Positions 1-6,876 of a stretch of 22,312 nt of DNA are shown here, one piece after another; the stretch's first letter is position 1; every line of letters begins with the position of its first letter. The DNA comes from Fibrobacterales bacterium. Lineage in GTDB: Bacteria; Fibrobacterota; Fibrobacteria; Fibrobacterales; JAOPTW01. A model generated the notes under the pieces. The model worked only from the letters and a program-made list of their open reading frames with translations. It ran no database searches and was not told the origin of the DNA. The stretch is taken from positions 1 through 22,312 of the forward strand of contig JAOPTX010000051.1 of assembly GCA_051532055.1 (NCBI GenBank), written 5' to 3'. Both the position numbers and the translations under genes were made by a program.

Positions 1-17
1 AATCGATTGTACTCATA

Positions 18-1193
18 CTACTTTGCTCCTAGTTTTGCTGCGGCTTTTTTGAGCGCTTCAGCTTTATCAGTTACTTCCCAAGTGAATTCTTTTTCTTTTC
101 TTCCAAAGTGGCCATGTGCTGCAGTTTTGGTGTAGCGTGGTTTAAGGAGATCAAGAGACTTAACAATACCTGCTGGTGTAAGGTCAAAGTGCGCTTCAAT
201 AAGTGAAGAAACCTGATCATCAGTAAGTTTAGATGTACTAAAAGTATTTACGTGAATTGATGTTGGCGCCGGGTAGCCAATTGCATAAGAAAGTTGTACT
301 TCACATTTTTTAGCAATCCCCGCTTTAACGATATTCTTCGCGACATAGCGTGCTGCATAGGCTGCAGAACGATCTACTTTTGATGGGTCTTTTCCAGAAA
401 AAGCACCACCACCATGACGCCCCATTCCACCATAGGTATCTACGATAATTTTACGGCCTGTTAGTCCACAGTCACCTTGAGGTCCACCAATGATGAACTT
501 CCCTGTTGGATTGATAAGAAATTTTGTTTTGCTATCAATGAGTTTAGCAGGAATACTCTTCTTAATAATGTGCTCAATTACATCTTTTTTAAGCTGTGAG
601 TACTTTACTTTCTCGTCGTGTTGCGTAGAGAATACAACACAGTCAACACGTACTGGTTTGTCGTTTGAATCATATTCAACTGTTACTTGAGATTTCGCAT
701 CAGGACGGAGAAATTTCAGTTTTGTGTTTTTTAGTTTTGCATGAGCTGCAACAAGTTTGTGTGAAAGAGCGATTGGGAGTGGCATAAGCTCAGGTGTTTC
801 GTCACACGCATAGCCAAACATAATACCTTGGTCACCGGCACCTTGTTCTTTGTGAAGACCTTCACCAGTTGTCACTCCTTGAGCAATATCAGGAGACTGT
901 TTGTCGAGTGATACAAGAACTGCACAGGTTTTATAGTCGAAACCTTTGTTTGAATCGTCATAGCCAATTTTTTTAATGGTGCTGCGAACGATATCTTGAA
1001 AGTCAACTTCAGCAGTAGTAGTAACTTCACCTGCAAGTACAACCATGCCTGTTGTGATCATAGTTTCGCATGCAACTCGGCTTTTAGGGTCCTGCTCGAG
1101 CATTGCATCAAGTACAGCATCAGAGATTTGGTCAGCCATTTTATCTGGGTGGCCCATCGATACGGATTCAGATGTGAAAAAGTAATTTGACAT
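18..1193 (-). CDS. metK: S-adenosylmethionine synthetase
   Basis: [35 protein letters not shown] and GHFGR signatures; RBS AAGGA upstream; 391 aa full length. Confidence 0.99.
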   Translation of the reverse strand: MSNYFFTSESVSMGHPDKMADQISDAVLDAMLEQDPKSRVACETMITTGMVVLAGEVTTTAEVDFQDIVRSTIKKIGYDDSNKGFDYKTCAVLVSLDKQSPDIAQGVTTGEGLHKEQGAGDQGIMFGYACDETPELMPLPIALSHKLVAAHAKLKNTKLKFLRPDAKSQVTVEYDSNDKPVRVDCVVFSTQHDEKVKYSQLKKDVIEHIIKKSIPAKLIDSKTKFLINPTGKFIIGGPQGDCGLTGRKIIVDTYGGMGRHGGGAFSGKDPSKVDRSAAYAARYVAKNIVKAGIAKKCEVQLSYAIGYPAPTSIHVNTFSTSKLTDDQVSSLIEAHFDLTPAGIVKSLDLLKPRYTKTAAHGHFGRKEKEFTWEVTDKAEALKKAAAKLGAK

Positions 1194-1345
1194 TGAGTTC
1201 CTTATTCATAGAATTTGTTTATAATACCGTAGTAAATATACAAAAATACATATGCATTTATGCGAAGACTCGCATTTTAGTTCTTTTTGATCTACAAATT
1301 ACAAACTAACTATTGTAACGGAAGAATATGTTAAACAAAAGAAAT

Positions 1346-1380
1346 AAAAAAAGCCCGAAAGAATTACTCATTTCGGGCTT
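1346..1380 (-). terminator. Rho-independent terminator of the 1405..1836 gene
   Basis: AAGCCCGAAA (1351-1360) / TTTCGGGCTT (1371-1380) perfect 10-bp stem, 10-nt loop, followed by a U-run on the minus strand. Confidence 0.85.
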
Positions 1381-1404
1381 AAAAGCTCAATGGTCTAAAG
1401 GAGA

Positions 1405-1836
1405 TTAGTTGTCTTGGTTTTTCATCTCTACTTGTTCACGGTCCATTGTGTGTTTCATATATTCTTTAAAATTTCTATTGAGGTCGACACCCTCAGTTTC
1501 TTCAGATTTGTCATCAAGTACGAATACTGCTGATGGATTATCGAGCCACCCCATAATGTCTACTTGGTCAAAATTCATTGATTTGTCACCGGTGAGTTTT
1601 TCAAAAATAATTGCTTTTTTTTCAACCCAACCTTGTCCGCAATCAGCTTTTACCAGTACGTGATTATCATTTTTTTTGAGAAGAACCATGCTCTCATTTT
1701 CAAGTGCAGTACATACTTCACCTCCGCCGCCTGGGTTGCGGGTGAGCATGAGGTCGCCATCTTTTGAGGCAACTGTTTTTGAAAAAACGGGTGTAGCTAT
1801 AATGGTGATAGCAAGTATAAGGAGCAGACTTCGCAT
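1405..1836 (-). CDS. Exported hypothetical protein with a probable bacterial SH3-like domain
   Basis: Signal peptide MRSLLLILAITIIATPVFS; pattern LMLTRNPG...MVLLKKNDNHVLVK...GQGWV resembles SH3b; RBS CAGGA; own terminator. Confidence 0.7.
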   Translation of the reverse strand: MRSLLLILAITIIATPVFSKTVASKDGDLMLTRNPGGGGEVCTALENESMVLLKKNDNHVLVKADCGQGWVEKKAIIFEKLTGDKSMNFDQVDIMGWLDNPSAVFVLDDKSEETEGVDLNRNFKEYMKHTMDREQVEMKNQDN

Positions 1837-2019
1837 TTGTTTCCTGTGGTTCTGTGGCAGTGCCGTTATAATATATTCTTTAAAATCGATAAAACAAGGC
1901 TTTTTGCCAAAACTTTACATTTTCACTAGAGAATGAATTACGTGAGGATTTGATTTAAAAAATGAAAAACCCATGGGGTGATCTATGCTTTTGTAGACAA
2001 AACTTATTATTTTTTTGGC

Positions 2020-3054
2020 ATGAAAAAAGTGATCATTATTCTCGTCGTTATTTTAGCTGTCGGACTTGCTTCTCTCGCAGCGGTGTTTAACCATTATCAA
2101 AGTCAGTGGAGTATTCGAAACTCTGATTCAACGGTGCCTCTCATTATTCAGATAAAGCGGGGGAGTGCTGTCGGACAAATTGGAGCACTTCTCAAAAAAA
2201 ATAGGCTTATAGGAGATACGTTTGACTTTAAACTCTATTCTAGGTACAGCGGTTTAGGGACTCGCTATAAATCGGGAGTATACGCTATTCCAGCCAATGC
2301 TACAATTTTAGAGATTGCTGAATTATTATCCCATGGAAAGACTGCAACGGTTAAAGTAACAATACCAGAAGGAAGAGTGAGTTGGGAAATTTCCGCAATT
2401 TTGGCAAACAAAATGCCTCAAATTGATAGTGCACGATTTGAAAATGCAGTATATGATGCTCAGTTCGCAAAAGTGTTGGGGATACAGTCAAAATCAGTTG
2501 AAGGGTATCTTTATCCCGATACCTATAAATTTCCTTATGGAGTCACAGAAAGAGAAGTGATACGCATTATGGTGGCTCAATTTAATCGAGTATTTAAAAC
2601 ACTCGATTCAGAGAAATCAGATTTTTTTAAAAAGTATGGTAAAAATGGAGTAGTTACCTTTGCATCAGTGGTTGAAGAAGAAGCGGGGGTTCCTAATGAG
2701 CGGGGTCGAATTGCTGGAGTCTTTTATAACCGATTGAAAAGAGGCATGCCACTTGGTGCTGATCCTACGGTACGTTATATCTTCAGGAATCTTACAGGGC
2801 CTATTTATAGGAGTCAATTGAGGTCTGATAGCCCTTTTAATACGCGAAAAAATAGAGGCTTAATGCCCCATGCTGTTTCAAATCCTGGTAAGGACGCTCT
2901 GAAGGCAGCTCTTTTTCCTGAGACTAATCGAGACCTTTATTTTGTTGCCAAAGATAACGGTTCAATGGAACACTTTTTCTCTGGCTCATTAAAAATGCAC
3001 AACTACTATAAGAACGTTGCAGCGGCAAACCGAAAGAAGTATGCTATTAAATAG
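2020..3054 (+). CDS. mltG: Endolytic murein transglycosylase MltG (YceG family)
   Basis: N-terminal membrane anchor; VTIPEG, EGYLYPDTY, ASVVEEE (catalytic Glu), VFYNRL..GMPLGADPT, SPFNT, NPG, LYFVA motifs. ATG 2020 preferred over GTG 1978. Confidence 0.96.
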   Translation: MKKVIIILVVILAVGLASLAAVFNHYQSQWSIRNSDSTVPLIIQIKRGSAVGQIGALLKKNRLIGDTFDFKLYSRYSGLGTRYKSGVYAIPANATILEIAELLSHGKTATVKVTIPEGRVSWEISAILANKMPQIDSARFENAVYDAQFAKVLGIQSKSVEGYLYPDTYKFPYGVTEREVIRIMVAQFNRVFKTLDSEKSDFFKKYGKNGVVTFASVVEEEAGVPNERGRIAGVFYNRLKRGMPLGADPTVRYIFRNLTGPIYRSQLRSDSPFNTRKNRGLMPHAVSNPGKDALKAALFPETNRDLYFVAKDNGSMEHFFSGSLKMHNYYKNVAAANRKKYAIK

Positions 3055-3131
3055 ACGTTGCCAATAATTGTTACATTGGTTTAGGTGGTTTATACAGAGA
3101 ATAGGGTACGTTTTAAAATAATTATATAGAT

Positions 3132-3178
3132 AGAGCAAGAGCCAGGAAGTGTCACTTCACTGGCTCTTGCTCTTTATT
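3132..3178. terminator. Long hairpin between convergent genes, probable bidirectional terminator
   Basis: AGAGCAAGAGCCAG (3132-3145) / CTGGCTCTTGCTCT (3160-3173) 14-bp perfect stem extended by GAAGT/ACTTC; AT-rich flanks. Confidence 0.75.
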
Positions 3179-3205
3179 GCGTAATTGAGGAGGAGTGTGA
3201 GTAGA

Positions 3206-4186
3206 TTACTTCACCCCTAGATATTTACGTCCTTCAGCATTTTCTTTTTTTGTGAATACATAGTCAGGGGTAAAGCCATTTTCATAGCGCCATTTAATGA
3301 CAACAGCACAATCGTTTTCATTGTTCACTTTTACACATGATCCACGAACACGTTTGCCTGGGACGGTCTTACCTTCAGTAGATACTAATTTAAAGTCACT
3401 TGCTTTAAAGCTTTGGTTATTGCCTGATGTATTCCACAATTGAAGTTCACCTGAAGCAGATTTTGACCCAACCGTTAAACGAGGAAAAGCCATAACAAAC
3501 GCATTTCGATCGACAAGAGGGCTTGGAGTGATACCGTTGACATCATCTGAAAAGATGAGGAAGTTACTACGGTTTTTGAGACGGACAGTGTTGAGTGCGT
3601 CTTTTATGTCGGTATTTGAGGGAAGAGCTGTTTCTGCTTCGAGTAAAAAGTATTCAGCACGGACGTAGTCTGATTCACTTTTTGCAGTCTTGATAATAGC
3701 ACCTGTGTAAAAATTCTCTGTTTCTTCTATAACTGTGGCAAATTCAGAGTGGGTAGCATTAAGTGCCACAAGGAGCTCTTGTGCTTTATTTATTGCCTGA
3801 AATCCTTGAAGAATAGGGATAAATTGTCCCTCTTTAATCCTTAATTTAGTGATTTTCGCAATCGTAACACCATATTTACCAATTATTGCTGGGTCTTTGA
3901 CTTTAGCGAGGTACTTAGGAATTTCATCAGTATAATTTGATATTGCATCAGAAAGGGGGTCGCGGAGAGCAATTTCTTCCATGAGGCCAGTTAGGGCAAG
4001 GGAGAGATTGGCTGGGAAGTCTTCAGATACTTCTCCCTTCTCTTCTGCATTGAGATACATTTGAACGGCTACTTTATAGTTGCCTTGGTCGAGATGTCCA
4101 TCACCGATCTTTTCCCGTTTACTTTTACAGCCAGTGATAATAAGTAATGAGGTCACAGCAAGGGTGAGTACGAGTGATACTTTCAT
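3206..4186 (-). CDS. Lipoprotein with TPR-like helical region and a C-terminal beta-rich (Ig-like) domain
   Basis: Lipobox ITGC at Cys20; GDGHLDQGNYKVAVQMY and DYVRAEYFL..A...P TPR-like helices; C-terminal LWNTSGNNQSFKASDFKLVSTEG; RBS AAGGA. Confidence 0.75.
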   Translation of the reverse strand: MKVSLVLTLAVTSLLIITGCKSKREKIGDGHLDQGNYKVAVQMYLNAEEKGEVSEDFPANLSLALTGLMEEIALRDPLSDAISNYTDEIPKYLAKVKDPAIIGKYGVTIAKITKLRIKEGQFIPILQGFQAINKAQELLVALNATHSEFATVIEETENFYTGAIIKTAKSESDYVRAEYFLLEAETALPSNTDIKDALNTVRLKNRSNFLIFSDDVNGITPSPLVDRNAFVMAFPRLTVGSKSASGELQLWNTSGNNQSFKASDFKLVSTEGKTVPGKRVRGSCVKVNNENDCAVVIKWRYENGFTPDYVFTKKENAEGRKYLGVK

Positions 4187-4321
4187 GCCTTATCCTTTAT
4201 GAATTTGAGTATTTCTATTTTGAGTATTTAGAATATAGTTGAATAGTGACAATTATTCATGATAATTAGGGTTTATTGCCGATAATTTTACATAAACCGA
4301 CACAATATCATGACGATTATC

Positions 4322-4350
4322 TTGACCTCTCATGAACTAATACGTATATT
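4322..4350 (+). promoter_or_regulatory. sigma70-type promoter for the tRNA gene
   Basis: TTGACC (4322-4327) - 17 bp - TATATT (4345-4350), 28 bp upstream of the tRNA. Confidence 0.8.
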
Positions 4351-4378
4351 AGCTGAGCTTTTCTATGGAAAAGTTATG

Positions 4379-4452
4379 GGGCCTATAGCTCAGTTGGTTA
4401 GAGCCCTCGACTCATAATCGAGTGGTCCAAAGTTCAAGTCTTTGTGGGCCCA
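4379..4452 (+). tRNA. tRNA with CAT anticodon, most likely tRNA-Ile2 (lysidine-modified, reads AUA); 3' CCA not encoded
   Basis: Cloverleaf: acceptor GGGCCTA/TGGGCCC, D arm AGCTCAGTTGGTTAGAGC, anticodon arm CTCGA-CTCATAA-TCGAG, T arm CAAAG-TTCAAGT-CTTTG, discriminator A. G1-C72 pair and no GGG/CCC anticodon stem exclude initiator; C4-G69/C5-G68 and a GGGCCTA start are Ile-like. Confidence 0.93.
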
Positions 4453-4453
4453 T

Positions 4454-4481
4454 AAGCCGTCAGAATCTGACGGCTTTTTTT
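4454..4481 (+). terminator. Rho-independent terminator directly after the tRNA
   Basis: AAGCCGTCAG-AAT-CTGACGGCTT followed by TTTTT. Confidence 0.9.
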
Positions 4482-4632
4482 ATGTCGTCAAATAAAAAAG
4501 CTCAAATAAAAGTGTCATAAAAATGTAAAAAAATTAAACATCATACCCTTTTTCTACCCAGCTTATTCAGAACTCTTTATATTAAAGAGAGCAACTTTTG
4601 CAAGATCTTACAGCAACGACAATGGAGGAAAT

Positions 4633-4944
4633 ATGGCTCACACTACAGAAAAGACTTTTAAGAAACATGTATTAAAATCGAAGAAACCAGTTCTGGTTCA
4701 TTTCTGGTCGGTGTGGGATGACCTTTCTAAAGCGAGTAAGCCAGTGATTGAACAGGTTGCAAAGTCCTTAAAAAATAAAGCAGATGTTTTTTTCTTGAAT
4801 AGTGATGAGAATGCGAAGATTACACGAAAGTATAATATTGAGACATTCCCTACGGCAGTGATTTTTAAAGATGGTGAAATCGTTTCTCAGTTCAGAGGGC
4901 TTCAGCCTGAACCTGTCTATATTAATGCGATAGAAAATTATTAG
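4633..4944 (+). CDS. Thioredoxin-fold protein lacking the CxxC active site
   Basis: Colinear with TrxA (FKKHVLKSKKPVLVHFW..W; YNIETFPTAVIFKDGE with cis-Pro) but WSVWDDLSK replaces WAxWCGPCK; no Cys; strong RBS GGAGG. Confidence 0.9.
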   Translation: MAHTTEKTFKKHVLKSKKPVLVHFWSVWDDLSKASKPVIEQVAKSLKNKADVFFLNSDENAKITRKYNIETFPTAVIFKDGEIVSQFRGLQPEPVYINAIENY

Positions 4945-4956
4945 ATAATCTCTTCT

Positions 4957-5000
4957 GATCAATTACCTCTGACTCTATGGAGAGTCGGCGGTGATTGATT
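4957..5000 (+). terminator. Long hairpin between the convergent trx-like and HD-GYP genes
   Basis: GATCAATTACC-t-CTGACTCT-atgg-AGAGTCGG-c-GGTGATTGATT; 19 bp with three G-U pairs that form on the plus strand; no clear U-run. Confidence 0.55.
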
Positions 5001-5002
5001 AT

Positions 5003-6277
5003 CTAAAAGCCAAACATAATATCGGGAACATTAGACAGCGCGTTTCGAGTTCCAATTATTGACAGTGCATTTTTTTCTGAAAGCTGGGTTTGTGTCACTT
5101 GATCTTCACGGAGGAGGTCTCCTTGTTCATTAGTAATAATTGACACCTCTGGCTTGTCAATAATCCCTTTATGGACTGCGATTACTTTAGCAAGTCTCTT
5201 ATTACTGAGTTCGACTACTGACCCAATAGGGAATAATGAAATGTAGTTGATTAAATACTTCACCGATTCTTTTTCTAAAAAACCACGATTCATCATTGAA
5301 ATAATCTCTTTTACCGCATGGAATGGACGAATTGCTTGTCGATAAGGACGATTGTTAATCAGTGCGACATAGACATCGGCAACAGCAATAATTTTTGCGT
5401 ATCTATGGATACAATGTCCCTTTAGTGCTTTTGGGTAGCCCATTCCATTTTCTCGTTCATGAATCTGCATCGCTACAAGCTGGATTGTTGGAGGTACTCC
5501 TTTTATACTATCAAGAATATTTGCAGCTATAGTGGGGTGGCTCTTTATTTCAAAGGTGTCATCATGTTTTAAGACTTCTCGCTCTGTGCGGATTGCTTTG
5601 TCTGTATAGAGCATGCCAATGTCGTGTAGGAGGGCTGCAGCTCCAATTTCGAGAAGGTCTTCATGGTTATACCCTTTGCCAATTGCGATATTGAGTGCGA
5701 TAATAGTCACATTAAGTGCGTGTGCATAGAGATAATCTATTGAATCATTTTTAAGGCAGAGGTTGATGAGGATATTCTTGTCATCACTCATTACTGAAAG
5801 GATATCCGAAATTATTGATTCAATTGTTGGATAAGAAGGCTTCATTGGTCCGACAGCATTAATAAACAGAGTTTCGATTTCTGCGGTAAGCTGATTATGT
5901 AATTGTTGAATTCTTTTTTTATAATTCCGGCTTCGGTTTTTAGGGTGGAGTTGTTTAAGAAATGTATAAAAAGGCACCCCTGAGTGTGTTAGTGGGGGAT
6001 TGGGTATGATTGATTGTGTGATTGGGGTATTGATTGGTGATTGATTTGAGAACTTAACCCACTCGTTGTGCCTTTCTATTTTAGATTTGTGTATGGATTT
6101 AGAATTGATAGATGAAAAAAAGAGTGTTGGGTTGTGGCGCTTTTTTAACGCAGTTATAAGATTTTGTGTAATAATACCACCACGGGGAATAACCGTAAAA
6201 CCATTTGCCGTTTCAATATCAGTAAAGGCAATTTGGCCAATATGGCTTTCACGCAGAATGACTCTCTGCTTATTCAT
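5003..6277 (-). CDS. HD-GYP domain protein (probable cyclic dinucleotide phosphodiesterase)
   Basis: YLYAHALNV, LLHDIGM, HP, HERENGMGYP, IIAVADVY.AL...RPYR motifs; typical C-terminal FPIGSVVELSN domain. Start at ATG 6277 after AAGGGTGG preferred over 6304. Confidence 0.93.
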   Translation of the reverse strand: MNKQRVILRESHIGQIAFTDIETANGFTVIPRGGIITQNLITALKKRHNPTLFFSSINSKSIHKSKIERHNEWVKFSNQSPINTPITQSIIPNPPLTHSGVPFYTFLKQLHPKNRSRNYKKRIQQLHNQLTAEIETLFINAVGPMKPSYPTIESIISDILSVMSDDKNILINLCLKNDSIDYLYAHALNVTIIALNIAIGKGYNHEDLLEIGAAALLHDIGMLYTDKAIRTEREVLKHDDTFEIKSHPTIAANILDSIKGVPPTIQLVAMQIHERENGMGYPKALKGHCIHRYAKIIAVADVYVALINNRPYRQAIRPFHAVKEIISMMNRGFLEKESVKYLINYISLFPIGSVVELSNKRLAKVIAVHKGIIDKPEVSIITNEQGDLLREDQVTQTQLSEKNALSIIGTRNALSNVPDIMFGF

Positions 6278-6344
6278 ATTCCCACCCTTTCTTGAATGGC
6301 CCATAATCCCATTCAGTTACCGGCACCATGCACGGCTACTATAT

Positions 6345-6372
6345 CTATCGGGAAATCAGTGGGCTCGCTTAA
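6345..6372 (-). promoter_or_regulatory. sigma28 (FliA/SigD)-like promoter for the HD-GYP gene
   Basis: Minus strand TTAAG-cgagcccactgattt(15 nt)-CCCGATAG versus consensus TAAA-N15/16-GCCGATAA. Confidence 0.6.
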
Positions 6373-6474
6373 TGGAAAAAACGGGTAAAATTTTGAGTAT
6401 TTAGGGTGAAAGTATGGGGGGTGTGGGGTGTTTGAGATTTTAATGGTTTAAATTCAAGAGATACCTTCTTTCTA

Positions 6475-6504
6475 TTGCTTTCGGTCCTTGTATTGTAGTA
6501 AAAT
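6475..6504 (+). promoter_or_regulatory. Possible sigma70 promoter for the Hpt-kinase operon
   Basis: TTGCTT (6475-6480) - 18 bp - TAAAAT (6499-6504). Confidence 0.4.
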
Positions 6505-6540
6505 AATGTAAGCTACACTATTTCCAATTTGTGAGAAAAT

Positions 6541-6873
6541 ATGAGTTTAGAGCCAGTTTTACCAGAATCTATTAGAGTGCATTTGGCTGATGTTTATGGT
6601 CTACCCGAAGAGAACATAGATATGATGCTCGAAGCAACTAAAAAATCAATCACTGAAAACCTAGAATTAGCCGAAAAAAGTTTATTAGAAAAAAATAGTG
6701 AAACATTTGTAAGAGTGTCACATTCAATGAAAGGCGCTCTTCTTAATCTAGGGCAAGAAGGCTGGGCAGAGGTTGCGTCACAAATGGAAAAGCTGGGGAG
6801 TGAAAGCATCACAGAAAATTCTCTAAGTGGTCTTTTAAAAGACTTGCAACAGGGCTTATCGAATCTGGTATAA
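6541..6873 (+). CDS. Stand-alone Hpt (histidine phosphotransfer) protein
   Basis: HSMKGALLNLG matches the HxLKGxxxxLG Hpt motif; 110 aa, helical; 3 bp upstream of the kinase. Confidence 0.92.
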   Translation: MSLEPVLPESIRVHLADVYGLPEENIDMMLEATKKSITENLELAEKSLLEKNSETFVRVSHSMKGALLNLGQEGWAEVASQMEKLGSESITENSLSGLLKDLQQGLSNLV

Positions 6874-6876
6874 AAA

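Noticed and set aside
1194..1345. SAM riboswitch upstream of metK
   Set aside because: No SAM-I or SAM-II core visible; the region is AT-rich and short
1893..1910. sigma54-like TTGGCA...TTG on the minus strand upstream of the SH3-like gene
   Set aside because: No GC at the required -12 position
4705..4731. Selenocysteine or a frameshift as the explanation for the missing CxxC
   Set aside because: The TGA in GGATGAC is out of frame, the ORF is colinear with Trx on both sides, and no alternative frame restores CxxC
4446..6306. GGCCCATAA at the tRNA 3' end recurring at 6298-6306 as a possible attL/attR pair
   Set aside because: Only 9 bp, no integrase or other mobility gene nearby; consistent with chance
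6278..6345. c-di-GMP riboswitch in the HD-GYP leader
   Set aside because: No GEMM-I or class II consensus seen; the leader from the sigma28-like promoter is only about 60 nt
6416..6430. G-rich run GGGGGGTGTGGGGTG as a G-quadruplex
   Set aside because: Only two close G-runs; not enough support
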